Shown: in pieces, positions 32,559 to 42,280 of the stretch
Layout: each line of letters begins with the position of its first letter
Numbering within the stretch: position 1 is the first letter of the stretch
Virus record (IMG/VR): IMGVR_UViG_3300021338_000004
Span: 13,176-77,175 of that record
DNA from: a virus
Length of the DNA stretch: 64,000 nucleotides
Reading direction: 5' to 3' (one strand)
Notes under the pieces: model-generated
Database searches by the model: none
What the model was told of the DNA's origin: nothing
Seen by the model: the letters and a program-made list of their open reading frames with translations, nothing else
Made by a program: the position numbers and the translations under genes

Positions 32559-32735
32559 CGTTCTTGCTTGGGTGCGCCGGCTGAAATGCTGAAGATCATG
32601 AAAGGCGCGCATCAATCAGTAATGCTGGTTGGCTTCACATACCCTGCTGCGAGTACTCAAAACCTACTTCAGGTTCAGGTTTAATCCCGCTCTGTTACAC
32701 GACGTTCTTACCGGCCCCAAGGGCCGGTTTTTTTT
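32559..32735 (+). ncRNA. Candidate small RNA (about 175 nt)
   Basis: Promoter motif upstream, intrinsic terminator with U-tract on the plus strand, only a 32-codon ORF lacking an RBS, several hairpins. Confidence 0.4.
32710..32735 (+). terminator. Rho-independent terminator
   Basis: ACCGGCCC-CAA-GGGCCGGT-TTTTTTT. Confidence 0.85.
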
Positions 32736-32744
32736 GCCTAAATA

Positions 32745-33143
32745 TCACGCTTTGATGAAGTCTTGCGGCCCTAAGTGGGTAACCGCGGCAGTATAGATGG
32801 GCTCAGCCCCAAAGCAGACATCGTTAAGCATGTCGCTAAATATCTGTATTGTTGCTTCTTTGGATATCGGGATTTCATGCCGGAACTGACATAGCACGTC
32901 ATGAACCAAGCTAGCATCGTGTGTGATTCGCTTGCCTTCATGCATGCGCCCGTCAGGCGTGCCAATCACAAACAGACCCAGGACATCATACTTCGGCGAA
33001 CATCCGTCCCATGCATAACCGGTTCTAATTGTTATTTTCCCATGGGAAATTGAGCACCACTCATTGTGATGCTCAATACCCTCAAGCAACGGGTGCTTAA
33101 AGGTTTCTGGCTCCTTCAGTTTGTATAAATAAACCTTCCCCAT
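32745..33143 (-). CDS. DUF1353-like phage protein
   Basis: GYAWDGCS and ASLVHDVLCQ motifs. Confidence 0.6.
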   Translation of the reverse strand: MGKVYLYKLKEPETFKHPLLEGIEHHNEWCSISHGKITIRTGYAWDGCSPKYDVLGLFVIGTPDGRMHEGKRITHDASLVHDVLCQFRHEIPISKEATIQIFSDMLNDVCFGAEPIYTAAVTHLGPQDFIKA

Positions 33144-33931
33144 CAGCCATCACCCAGCTCGTTCAGAATCATGGTGCGTGCATTTTCAAGCGTGTAGCTG
33201 CGGTTTACCTTGCCGATACCCTCGCCCTCAACAAACGCCTCCAGCTTATCAATATCTGGAATGACCTTGATCACCTCGATATCCAGATCCATGCGTTCAG
33301 CCGGTGGCGTTTCGAGCATAGATAGAGCCAGCTCTCGCCAGTCATCCGCCGTTTGTGCGTTATCGATACTGAGATTTAGTGGTACACCACGGAGAAGAGA
33401 GTCATGCAGCACCGGTGTAAAGAGACCTTCCTGCAGATAGAGACCAATCCCTTTGATAAACGCCGGGTGCTTGATGTAGATATCACCGGACAGCTGATCG
33501 TCTTTTATCTGCTGCACTTTGATATGGGTGCTGGCGCGTTCGTAGATGCTGTCCAACACCGCCTCTGGTATCTGCGCGCGGAACTCCCGTGATGTAAACA
33601 GCGTTTTATACTGCACAGGCTCAGGCGGCGGTGGGTCTAGCAAATCACGCAGGGGTGTTAACAGAGCGCGGTTTACAACGATCATCTCTGTGCCGCTCTG
33701 TAGCTCAGCCGCAGCGGCATCGATTACTGATTGAAGCGTTGCTTCGGGTTCTTCGCCTTCGGCCACCGGTGTGGGCAGATCGAAGACCGGCACATCAGGT
33801 TCCGCTGCTGTGTAGATGCCGTAGATCTGATCGTTAACAGTTATCGTGCCCGGATTAGGTTGTGCCAGTTGCAGCGGGTGTTCTTCAGGAAGCGCTGAGA
33901 TCAGCGCGAGTGTGTAGAGATCAGCGCGCAT
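33143..33931 (-). CDS. Hypothetical protein (possible chaperone/partner of the large fibre-like protein)
   Basis: 262 aa, translationally coupled on both sides. Confidence 0.6.
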   Translation of the reverse strand: MRADLYTLALISALPEEHPLQLAQPNPGTITVNDQIYGIYTAAEPDVPVFDLPTPVAEGEEPEATLQSVIDAAAAELQSGTEMIVVNRALLTPLRDLLDPPPPEPVQYKTLFTSREFRAQIPEAVLDSIYERASTHIKVQQIKDDQLSGDIYIKHPAFIKGIGLYLQEGLFTPVLHDSLLRGVPLNLSIDNAQTADDWRELALSMLETPPAERMDLDIEVIKVIPDIDKLEAFVEGEGIGKVNRSYTLENARTMILNELGDG

Positions 33932-36900
33932 TACACGGCCTCCTTGAGTAGTTCTCTGACGGATGCACCGCCAATATTGTATAGAGCAGATCCATCGACT
34001 CGATAGATTGCAAAATTTGCATTTTCAGCAATGAAGTCGCCCTTAATATCTGAGTTAAAGGCGCTATCCAAGTTGTTATAGGCCGTGCTGGACCCAGCTT
34101 TTAGAGCGCCAGAAATACGCTCAACATCGTAAACTTCACCGCGATACGTTTGTCCGACCGTTAGAACATTGCTCTGACGAACATAGGCCATACCATCGAC
34201 GGTAGCGTCCAATTGCGCGACTCCGTTTACAACATCAACATTTTTCAAAGCCCAGCCGATAGCACCCTCAGAGAAGTCTGCGTTTGAAAGGCGCTCTGGG
34301 CTCAACCACTCCCGCACATGATCGCCCTGGTAGACAAACTTCGGATATGCGTCAGCAGGAGGGTTTTCGATAGCTCCGGCGTTGGGAGCTTCCCGAACAT
34401 CAAGAATGCTCAGTGTTAGCCGCTTTCCTGTAGCCATGTTCCCCGTTCGTTGGGCAAATACACGAATAGGCCCATCAGTAGCCGTAAATACGAACTCTGC
34501 GGTGTCTCCCGAATCAATCCCGGTTTTTGCCGCCAATGTTTGTAATGACGCCGCATCCCACGCCTTCGCATACCAGCTTTCACCACCACTGGTTTCTGCG
34601 CCAATACGTACCGCATATGTTTTGCCAGGCTCAGTAGGTACAACTACATAGATGTATGCCCAACTGTCAGCGGTTGCGGTTAACGTGTTTTCAGACACAA
34701 CGCCATTACCTGCTGCCGCAAACGGCAGCCCCGCTGCAATATTCGCCCCAGAATCCGCCAGTGCGTCATACAGAATGCCGGTTTCCGAATCCATGAGGTA
34801 CAGGCGGGAGTTTGTTAAGGGTGCATCTAAGTCAATCCACGCCTCATACAGCCTGTACCCTTTTCCATAAGGGACGCTGGTTGTACCCGACGGCCAGCTA
34901 CCACCAATGCTATCGAGCGTTATCTCAACCGCCTCGCGGTTATTTGAGTCATCCCTACGTTCATTATCTATGCGCGCGACATAGCCTGACTCAGTAGATT
35001 GAACGGCAATTTCCACTAATCCCGTGAAATCTAAACCCGCTATGTCATGCACGGTGTGATTGCCACCACCAACATATAGCCTCAACGAGTTTTTCCATAA
35101 AATTAGGCGATCACCACCGAGCGAAGAATTCGCCGATATATGCATACCTAGATAGGCAATATCGATGTCGGCAGGAATAGAGAGCTTGCTTGTAATTTCA
35201 ATACTAGTTGCTGTCCACGGCTCAACACGCCCCTTCATGCTTACGCCATCAAAGTACGGTATTGGACGAACCTTGCCCGCTCTGTTCTTCAGTAGCGCCT
35301 CAATGCGGCGACGCAATTTGTAGAGTGGAGAGGCTGGGATAGCACGCCGGACGCCGACCGAAATTGTGCCCACGAATTTAGATCCTGCCTCAGTTTGCAA
35401 TGTTACATTCACCTTCCCATCAACTGGGGTGACTATCCGCTCAAACTCAAGCGAGGCCGCCGCTCCAAACCACGGTTCGCCCCCAGCCAGTTGATAATCG
35501 ACTTTGATCCTTCCGGTAGATCCCGGCGTGGCCCTCATTGCTATTCTGTAATGCTCACCGACAAACGATGAAAACCCCAACAGAACGCTGGCCCAGTCAG
35601 CTTCGCTTCCATCCCACGTTGTGATTGAATTTTGGGTTACTAATTCATCAACCCCGATAAGATCACCGTCATCTACCCGATAGCGGCGTACTGCATCAAG
35701 CGGCATGTTATGAACACGCCCCCAGCCTGGGGCGCGGCGAATCGAAAAACGAACACCAGATTGAGCACGACCAAACTCACGAAACACAGCTGTAGTTCCA
35801 GCGGCATCAATCACGTGCAATCCGTTTGAAAGACGCGGTCCCCAGCCAGATATTTCATAGAATCGCAGAGATGAATCGTCGCTCAGCCCCGAAATGTTGA
35901 GCAGGTATGTCGCCCCGGCATTCATCCCCACTGCCAGCGTTACGTTTTGATCAAGCGGAAGATCTGATATGCCAGTGTGTAATTCTGCACCAAGCTCACC
36001 ACCCGGCGCTTCGTTCTCAATCACACTATCGCGGCGTTTGAACGTATAACGACGAACAACTGTCTTACCGTCATTAACTTGCACCAGCGGCATCGGCCCT
36101 TTCCAGTGACCACCCGTTGAATCCGGGTGTCGGGCAACGATAAACCCGCTCAAATCGCCGTTAAAATCGGTCAGCCCTCGAAATACCTCAACGCCATCAA
36201 CTTCAACAACAGCTTGGTCGCCATCTATGTACATTTCATATCTGCGGCGGAGGCCATCGCTGATGGGAATAGTTTCGACATACAACGAGCCATGACCAAC
36301 CAGCAGATTGCCGTTTTGCTCTGCCAGATAAAAGCGGTTTCCCGAGTGACGCCCTGCCATAAATCGCGCGCCTGTGCTCACCTCTGTTGTCGAGTCTTCA
36401 ACAATCAAACGCGGCTTAGCAATCGCGGGCAGCGGCTCAACTTCAGCATACATGCCCTCACCGTCGAAGTGAGTAATATCAACTTCGGCTGGTGGCTCAT
36501 CTTCGTCAACAATTTCCGGCACCGGGCTGCCAACACGCCAAATACCCGGGTTGGTCGGACTTAGATCGAACTCGTGATAGCTTTCTTCCCCTGTGTCCAG
36601 GTTTTTTATATTGATCGCCGGCAAGAACCCTTCGAAATATTGCCAGACTGGTGCGCCCTGCAAATCAGGGAATGGCATATCAACAACGCCGCCCACCATA
36701 AGCTGAGATATCGATAGATTGGGTTCACCATCAACAAAGGACGCTTCCCCTCTATCAATGCGAACCCCAAAAGCCTCGCTTTGGGAGATCAGGTCAATAC
36801 GGTGCAGCGCATTATCATGCCACTTGCCCTGCTGAAGGGGGATTCTCAGTTTTGGCTTAAGCTCGTACCAAACAACCAACTCATCACTCACGGTGACGTG

Positions 36901-37143
36901 CAAGCCGTCAGGATCCGTGCTGGCCAATAGCATCTGAAGGTGCGTCTTTTGGGTGGATACCCAAAGCGTGATTTTAAAATTAGTCGCATCAAAACGCGGC
37001 AGCTTTACTGCCAACTGGTCATTCTTATGCGGTACAAATGGCTGCACATACGCGAATCGGCTCGGCCAAGCGCGCTGGTGTTTTGCAAGATGCGACGCAC
37101 CAAACATCGGCGCTATATGTCCCAGCTTTTGCTGGATGATCAT
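33931..37143 (-). CDS. Large beta-rich virion protein; putative receptor-binding/carbohydrate-binding protein (LamG/CBM-like repeats)
   Basis: 1070 aa; repeated beta-sandwich-like segments (WHDNALHRI, HFDGEG/YFDGVS, TEPGKTYAV, LTVGQTYR, LSNADFSEG); preceded by a late-type promoter. Confidence 0.55.
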   Translation of the reverse strand: MIIQQKLGHIAPMFGASHLAKHQRAWPSRFAYVQPFVPHKNDQLAVKLPRFDATNFKITLWVSTQKTHLQMLLASTDPDGLHVTVSDELVVWYELKPKLRIPLQQGKWHDNALHRIDLISQSEAFGVRIDRGEASFVDGEPNLSISQLMVGGVVDMPFPDLQGAPVWQYFEGFLPAINIKNLDTGEESYHEFDLSPTNPGIWRVGSPVPEIVDEDEPPAEVDITHFDGEGMYAEVEPLPAIAKPRLIVEDSTTEVSTGARFMAGRHSGNRFYLAEQNGNLLVGHGSLYVETIPISDGLRRRYEMYIDGDQAVVEVDGVEVFRGLTDFNGDLSGFIVARHPDSTGGHWKGPMPLVQVNDGKTVVRRYTFKRRDSVIENEAPGGELGAELHTGISDLPLDQNVTLAVGMNAGATYLLNISGLSDDSSLRFYEISGWGPRLSNGLHVIDAAGTTAVFREFGRAQSGVRFSIRRAPGWGRVHNMPLDAVRRYRVDDGDLIGVDELVTQNSITTWDGSEADWASVLLGFSSFVGEHYRIAMRATPGSTGRIKVDYQLAGGEPWFGAAASLEFERIVTPVDGKVNVTLQTEAGSKFVGTISVGVRRAIPASPLYKLRRRIEALLKNRAGKVRPIPYFDGVSMKGRVEPWTATSIEITSKLSIPADIDIAYLGMHISANSSLGGDRLILWKNSLRLYVGGGNHTVHDIAGLDFTGLVEIAVQSTESGYVARIDNERRDDSNNREAVEITLDSIGGSWPSGTTSVPYGKGYRLYEAWIDLDAPLTNSRLYLMDSETGILYDALADSGANIAAGLPFAAAGNGVVSENTLTATADSWAYIYVVVPTEPGKTYAVRIGAETSGGESWYAKAWDAASLQTLAAKTGIDSGDTAEFVFTATDGPIRVFAQRTGNMATGKRLTLSILDVREAPNAGAIENPPADAYPKFVYQGDHVREWLSPERLSNADFSEGAIGWALKNVDVVNGVAQLDATVDGMAYVRQSNVLTVGQTYRGEVYDVERISGALKAGSSTAYNNLDSAFNSDIKGDFIAENANFAIYRVDGSALYNIGGASVRELLKEAV

Positions 37144-37454
37144 GTCCGAATTACCCCCAGCTGAACAACGGCATCAGCCTCACTGGTTTCTGAAAACGGC
37201 CCAAGCTCAACTTTATGTATTTTGCTACGGACCACCCCCTCAAACCCTTCGAATGGAAGATGCTCTCTTGGGTAAAGGAGAAATCCAATATCGTCTGACC
37301 CTGGCGGGGAATCTTCACCAGATATGTGAATGCGGACAGTCATGGTCTCGGACTGATTCTGAATGGAAACAGAACTGTGCGATGTGCTGTTGGCATGTAC
37401 CTCCCAGTGGTCTGGGTATGATTTTTCGGTCACGGTATTCGTTGTGGGCATCAC
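37140..37454 (-). CDS. Hypothetical small protein
   Basis: 104 aa, ATGA overlap with the next gene. Confidence 0.6.
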   Translation of the reverse strand: MMPTTNTVTEKSYPDHWEVHANSTSHSSVSIQNQSETMTVRIHISGEDSPPGSDDIGFLLYPREHLPFEGFEGVVRSKIHKVELGPFSETSEADAVVQLGVIRT

Positions 37455-37479
37455 GTTCCCCTGTATGAGCTATGTCAGG

Positions 37480-37511
37480 ATGATAAGCAGGGGATGCCAT
37501 TGCCGAATCAA
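37480..37511 (-). promoter_or_regulatory. Putative late promoter TTGATT-N20-TATCAT
   Basis: Same architecture as the other late promoters. Confidence 0.55.
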
Positions 37512-37622
37512 AAATTAAATATTGTTACGACTCATGTTGCCGTTCGATAGATTGCCTTTTCCTACTTCACTATTTGGTCATTTGCCGCTGGGCCCTCCTG
37601 GCGGTATTTTTTTACCCACCTC

Positions 37623-37656
37623 AATTCGTTATAAAACATATCTTTTATAACGAATT
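37623..37656. other. 34-bp lox-like recombination site AATTCGTTATAAA-ACATATCT-TTTATAACGAATT
   Basis: Perfect inverted arms around an asymmetric spacer, about 110 bp upstream of a tyrosine recombinase; a related repeat lies at 37709-37742. Confidence 0.75.
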
Positions 37657-37764
37657 CAGCAAAATCAGCACTTTCAGGCCAAGCCACTAGACAATATTTT
37701 TTTATTTAGTTATAAAATATTTAAATAATACGATTTTATAACCAATAAGGGGTTTGGCGCTGAC

Positions 37765-38379
37765 ATGGCAGGAAAACAAGCAAAGATCCTCTCTAAGCAG
37801 CAGCAGCGACTCGCGTTAGCGTATTTAGATGGCACACGATGGCCTGAACGCAACCGGGTCATGTTTTTGCTCAGCGTGAAGGCGGGATTGCGATCGAAAG
37901 AGATCGCGGCATTGTCAATGTGGAACGTTGCTGACTGGGAGTACCAGGTGCTCGATTTTATCGAAATCACCGACAAGGACTCCAAAGGAAAAAAAGGCGG
38001 CCGAAAAATTCCGCTGAACCAGCAGCTCAAAGAGGAGCTTCAGATACTGATCGATCAGGTCAGGACGCTTCCCAACGGGTCTGATCCAAGCATGCCGATT
38101 ATCCGAAGCGAAAGAGCTGGCCGCACAGAAAAAACTTCACCACAGGTAATAACCAACTGGTTTAAGCGTCTGTATGGGCCAGCAGGGTTAAATTTTGCCG
38201 GCTGCTCCTCGCATAGTGGCCGTCGTACGTTTGGCACCATGGCTGCTCGCAACATCTCAGCTGCAGGAGGCTCTTTAAAGGATGTGAAGTATTTAATGGG
38301 ACACAGCAGCATACAGACAACACAAACCTACATTGACGAAACCGAAGAAGCGAAACGAAACGTCGTTAATATGATTTAA
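37765..38379 (+). CDS. Tyrosine recombinase (catalytic domain only; resolvase-like)
   Basis: GLRSKE (R), SKGKK (K), SHSGRR (HxxR), MGH and TTQTY (Y). Confidence 0.93.
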   Translation: MAGKQAKILSKQQQRLALAYLDGTRWPERNRVMFLLSVKAGLRSKEIAALSMWNVADWEYQVLDFIEITDKDSKGKKGGRKIPLNQQLKEELQILIDQVRTLPNGSDPSMPIIRSERAGRTEKTSPQVITNWFKRLYGPAGLNFAGCSSHSGRRTFGTMAARNISAAGGSLKDVKYLMGHSSIQTTQTYIDETEEAKRNVVNMI

Positions 38380-38391
38380 GGAACGCAACTT

Positions 38392-38826
38392 ATGCTATCT
38401 ACCCCGCAAATAGACTCATTCCTGGCGCAGTTCAACGAAAGTCCGTTGGCGTTATCACTGGATCATTACCTGGTAGACCGCGCCAAGGAATGGAACGGAC
38501 AAGCAAACGCCCTTGCAGGCATCGTCAATCCCGCATCGCTGCTTTACAAATTAGAGGACCGCTTTGGCTTTGATCCTAATAGTCCTGAGTGGAATTCAGA
38601 ATGGAACTCCCACCATAAGCAGCTGGCTTTCATTAAAGCTTTCAAATGCTTACAGCGGGAATCAGTAATTGAGATTGTCAGCTTAACCAAAACCAAACTT
38701 ACATTAGGATTCATTCACAACAGCGCCGGAGCCCCGTTTAAGCTCGTTTTTTCGGGAAAAACAGCGTGCCATGCCGAACGATTACTACTACCGGCCCGCT
38801 GGCTAAAGTCCAATGAATGGATTTAA
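38392..38826 (+). CDS. Hypothetical protein
   Basis: 144 aa, AAGGA RBS. Confidence 0.65.
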   Translation: MLSTPQIDSFLAQFNESPLALSLDHYLVDRAKEWNGQANALAGIVNPASLLYKLEDRFGFDPNSPEWNSEWNSHHKQLAFIKAFKCLQRESVIEIVSLTKTKLTLGFIHNSAGAPFKLVFSGKTACHAERLLLPARWLKSNEWI

Positions 38827-39032
38827 GAAATTGTGACATGTCACAACGCAAAGGAATGGACATGAATATATTTAACTACTCACTGCGCTACCTGGAGCGC
38901 TACCTGGCGCGCAAGCTGGTACGCTGGCTGGTAAAGCAAGCACTAGATCGCCCCCTACTCACATTGTCAGCCGTTGGATTGTTAGCAATCGCCTATGCTG
39001 CCCACCAGCTATTCCCGGACCTTTTTGCATAG
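38817..39032 (+). CDS. Small membrane protein
   Basis: C-terminal TM segment; start uncertain. Confidence 0.5.
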   Translation: MDLRNCDMSQRKGMDMNIFNYSLRYLERYLARKLVRWLVKQALDRPLLTLSAVGLLAIAYAAHQLFPDLFA

Positions 39033-39157
39033 CAATTTCCCATGGGAAAGCATGCTTGAGCAGTGTTCCTGTTAGACCAATGATAGAGCCGGAAAATATC
39101 CGGCCATCGTTCCTATTTTATATTCATTGATAACAGCAACCCATCAGCGCCCCATCC

Positions 39158-39203
39158 AAATAAAACCCTCTCCATAGGAGATCTAATTGAGAGGGTTTTA
39201 TTT
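39158..39203. terminator. Bidirectional terminator-like inverted repeat between convergent genes
   Basis: AAATAAAACCCTCTC...GAGAGGGTTTTATTT. Confidence 0.7.
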
Positions 39204-39204
39204 C

Positions 39205-40947
39205 CTACGCCAAAGCATGACGATACATATCATCAAGCCGTTTCACTTCCATTAGAGCAATCTGCGCCCGCACATGGTCACCACCATCCAAGCATTTGGC
39301 AGCCCAATCCTGTAGGTTTTGACGTACCTCTGGATAATCCTCTAGTGTGCACTCGACGATCTCACTATCTGCGATCGCCTGCAGATCTCCAGGCGGCTCT
39401 GCTTCCATTGGCTCATCTGACAAGCCAAGCATGGTAAGCGCGTCATCCAAGTGGCGTTCTGCTTCTTCATTATCGGCATCAGAGCCACACGGTATGTAAT
39501 TAGCCAGGAACGCAAAGGCGTATGTATCGAAGATATCGGGCGATGCAATGCCCTGCGATCGCATCCGTTGCTTACTCATCATGAGCCATTGCCCACGGTC
39601 ACTGAAGCCGTATGGAAGCTGTGTGAACTGAGTAATAGTTTTTGATCGCAGCGTGTCGTCTTTGGGATCCTGGTAGATAGACATACGCCCTGAGTCCAAT
39701 GCGAAGCGGATTGCGACACAGGCCATATCTTTTTTCTTGGGGAAGCGCCTTAGCATCGCCCGGGAATGAGGAGGAACCCCCCAGTGAATTCGCTGCACAT
39801 TAAGTCCTGCGCGCTCACACTCTTGGGCCGTCGTCAGACCTAGTCCATCTGAGTCAATTGCGACAGTAACATTCGGGTATTCCTGCGAAGCAGCAATGAT
39901 GCGGCGCGCAAAATCGACCGGGTTACTACCTTTCGGTTGCACTTCTACTTTGACAGGCTCAACGTGGCGGTCATTAAACCCCGTACCCGATACTTTAAAA
40001 ACGCTCATAACGGAGCTGTCACGCTCTTCCCCACTCGCCACATCGGCAGTTATGACCCACCCCCACTCTTCTTTGTGCCGCACAGAGATCTTAAAACCTG
40101 CATCAACCACGTTACGGCTTAACAGCATTCCGTCCAGGCTGTCAGGACAGACTCCCAGCACGCGGATCTGATATTCCGGGCTATCCCTTCCACCATATTC
40201 AAACCGCTTATCACGAATGAACTTCATGGTTACAAACGGAGATTCCTCGGAATTCAGCGTTATTGCCGTGTATTTGCCTTTGGGGTTCGCCTCTGTTTTC
40301 GCCAATCGCAGCTGACTATCTGCGAAGTGCCCATTTGGGCGTGTAAACTGGCTCAACAGAAGGATCTTGTTATTATCTTCCGTAAGTGCGCCACTCAGCG
40401 TACTAAAAACCTTATCATCCGCACCAGACGCCTCGTCAACGACCACAAGATAATCCGCACGGTGGTTACCCGCCAAACCGTCCTCATTCCCCTTGGCACA
40501 GGTTTTTCCGAAGATCTGCCAGACGCCTTTAAAGCCACGAGCATAGAACGACTTGGCAGTAACCAGAAAGTATTGCTCAAGCCAGCGGTGTCTTTTGCAG
40601 ATATCGGCCCACACGCGCTTGATGTACGCAAAAACAACGTTAATTACCTGGTCGATACTGTTCGCAGTCAGCATAACCAGGCTGATCGGATGGCATATTA
40701 GGAAATGCAGGCACAGCGCTGCTGTTAGATGAGACTTTCCCGTACCATGCCCGGAAGCAACCGATACTGCGGCTCCTATTGGCTTCAGCGCAAAGATAAC
40801 ATCTGCCTGTTGCCAGCTTGGTTCCATACCGCACACATCAACAACAAAGGCGTACGGATCGTTCATATAGGATGCCGCAAAGTCTAAATATCGCGGATCC
40901 TCCAGTATGGTGCGTTTACGTTTCTTGGCCATCATTTTCCTCGGCAT
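39205..40947 (-). CDS. pacB: Terminase large subunit (P1 PacB-like)
   Basis: SGHGTGKS (Walker A), VVVDEASG (Walker B), TADVASG and SPDIFD nuclease motifs. Confidence 0.93.
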   Translation of the reverse strand: MPRKMMAKKRKRTILEDPRYLDFAASYMNDPYAFVVDVCGMEPSWQQADVIFALKPIGAAVSVASGHGTGKSHLTAALCLHFLICHPISLVMLTANSIDQVINVVFAYIKRVWADICKRHRWLEQYFLVTAKSFYARGFKGVWQIFGKTCAKGNEDGLAGNHRADYLVVVDEASGADDKVFSTLSGALTEDNNKILLLSQFTRPNGHFADSQLRLAKTEANPKGKYTAITLNSEESPFVTMKFIRDKRFEYGGRDSPEYQIRVLGVCPDSLDGMLLSRNVVDAGFKISVRHKEEWGWVITADVASGEERDSSVMSVFKVSGTGFNDRHVEPVKVEVQPKGSNPVDFARRIIAASQEYPNVTVAIDSDGLGLTTAQECERAGLNVQRIHWGVPPHSRAMLRRFPKKKDMACVAIRFALDSGRMSIYQDPKDDTLRSKTITQFTQLPYGFSDRGQWLMMSKQRMRSQGIASPDIFDTYAFAFLANYIPCGSDADNEEAERHLDDALTMLGLSDEPMEAEPPGDLQAIADSEIVECTLEDYPEVRQNLQDWAAKCLDGGDHVRAQIALMEVKRLDDMYRHALA

Positions 40948-42280
40948 CCAGCGCCTCTAGCTCTTTGCGACGCTTCGCGAGGGCCTCTTCCTTTTTCGCA
41001 GCGTACTGCTGCTCCAATTCTTGAGCGCGCGCCTTAACCTGCTCTGGCGTAACACCACCATCGCCCATGTCGTCCTCGTTCTCGTCCTGGAATTCGGCCA
41101 CAACCTCTTTTTCCAGCACAGGCGGTAGTTGCATAACCCCGGCCTTCATCAATCTGTAGGCGGCCTCTAGGGCTGTCAGCCCCTTATCCTCTTTCTCACT
41201 CAGCACTTCCTGCAGCAATTCGGCTTGATTGAGATAGGTCAGCGTATTCGCATGAATCAGGCGGGCATGTTTTAGCTTCAGGTTGGATAGGTTGGTGGTG
41301 AACCGGTGAACCAGCTGATTAAAGTCCGGCATCTGCTTAACGAATTGGATCCCGTCGTTGCCAGTGCCAACGCCCACCTCTATGCGCGCATCGTCATACA
41401 TTTCCACTGGCACACTGCCGCCGTCGGCATGCTGTTTGAGCTGGTCGTACTCCATTTGACGCTGCAGAGTACGCATAAGCTGGCGACTAACTACCCGTAT
41501 TTCACCTTCCAGGCTATGGGTATCTACATCGTCTAACGCCTGACGTTCATCTTCGCTCTCAAACTGGGAATAAATGCCGTGTTTAGATGCATTCTGATTG
41601 CGTGCCGGTGCGCCTTCTGATTTTCCGCCGTGCAACTTGCAGCGACCGGTGCCGAAATGATGGGTTCCCCAGCCGGCGGGCATCTGGCAATAGCCACCAC
41701 TGCGCGTAGTCGCATTGCAACAGCCGTCTCTCGGTCCTGGCGGTTCACCGTCATCACCCCCGTCACCACTCTCTTTCTTGCCTTCCAAGCCAAAGACGTT
41801 CATCAGGTTGCGACCGAAGGATGAAGGGCCGTCAGACGCATCTTCCGAGCTGCGATTTTTCGCATTTCCAGCGGCACCGTTGCGGGCACCGTCATGGGGT
41901 TGTTTCACAGATTCGATGGGAATGACGTTGTTTGAAGTGCGCGCGCGACCCTCTATATCACGCTCTTCACTCTTATCATTTCCCTTATTATTCAGAGGCT
42001 TATCTTCTTTACTACCAATCGCCTTACTGCGATTTTTCGCATTCCCTGCACTGCGACTTTTCGCACGCGCATTTTTCGCACTTTTCGCAGAAGGCTTACT
42101 CGCATTTTCCAGCCAGGCTTTGGCCGCTTTTCGGGTGATATATCGCTTTGCGGAACCATAAGAAACACCGGCCTGATTGCACCAGTCTTCAGCAGAAATC
42201 TGTGTTGCGTCATATGCCTTGGCATACGCTTCCAACAGACCTTTCCATTTGGCGGGATAATTGTCGTATGGGGCAGACAT
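40916..42280 (-). CDS. pacA: Terminase small subunit (PacA-like) with HGGxSTG-type zinc module
   Basis: N-terminal HTH-like SYGSAKRYI; CKLHGGKSEGAP; NQNASKHGIY; overlaps pacB. Confidence 0.8.
   Translation of the reverse strand: MSAPYDNYPAKWKGLLEAYAKAYDATQISAEDWCNQAGVSYGSAKRYITRKAAKAWLENASKPSAKSAKNARAKSRSAGNAKNRSKAIGSKEDKPLNNKGNDKSEERDIEGRARTSNNVIPIESVKQPHDGARNGAAGNAKNRSSEDASDGPSSFGRNLMNVFGLEGKKESGDGGDDGEPPGPRDGCCNATTRSGGYCQMPAGWGTHHFGTGRCKLHGGKSEGAPARNQNASKHGIYSQFESEDERQALDDVDTHSLEGEIRVVSRQLMRTLQRQMEYDQLKQHADGGSVPVEMYDDARIEVGVGTGNDGIQFVKQMPDFNQLVHRFTTNLSNLKLKHARLIHANTLTYLNQAELLQEVLSEKEDKGLTALEAAYRLMKAGVMQLPPVLEKEVVAEFQDENEDDMGDGGVTPEQVKARAQELEQQYAAKKEEALAKRRKELEALDAEENDGQET
41850..42104. 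repeat. Cluster of TTTTCGCA repeats inside pacA (candidate pac region)
   Basis: Copies at 41857, 42034, 42058, 42073 and 42082; 17-bp repeat CTGCGATTTTTCGCATT at 41850 and 42027. Confidence 0.6.

Noticed and set aside
37765-38379. Tyrosine recombinase as the integron integrase or as Cre
   Set aside because: Only 204 aa, no evident IntI-specific insertion, 14 kb from the array, and has its own adjacent site; too short for Cre
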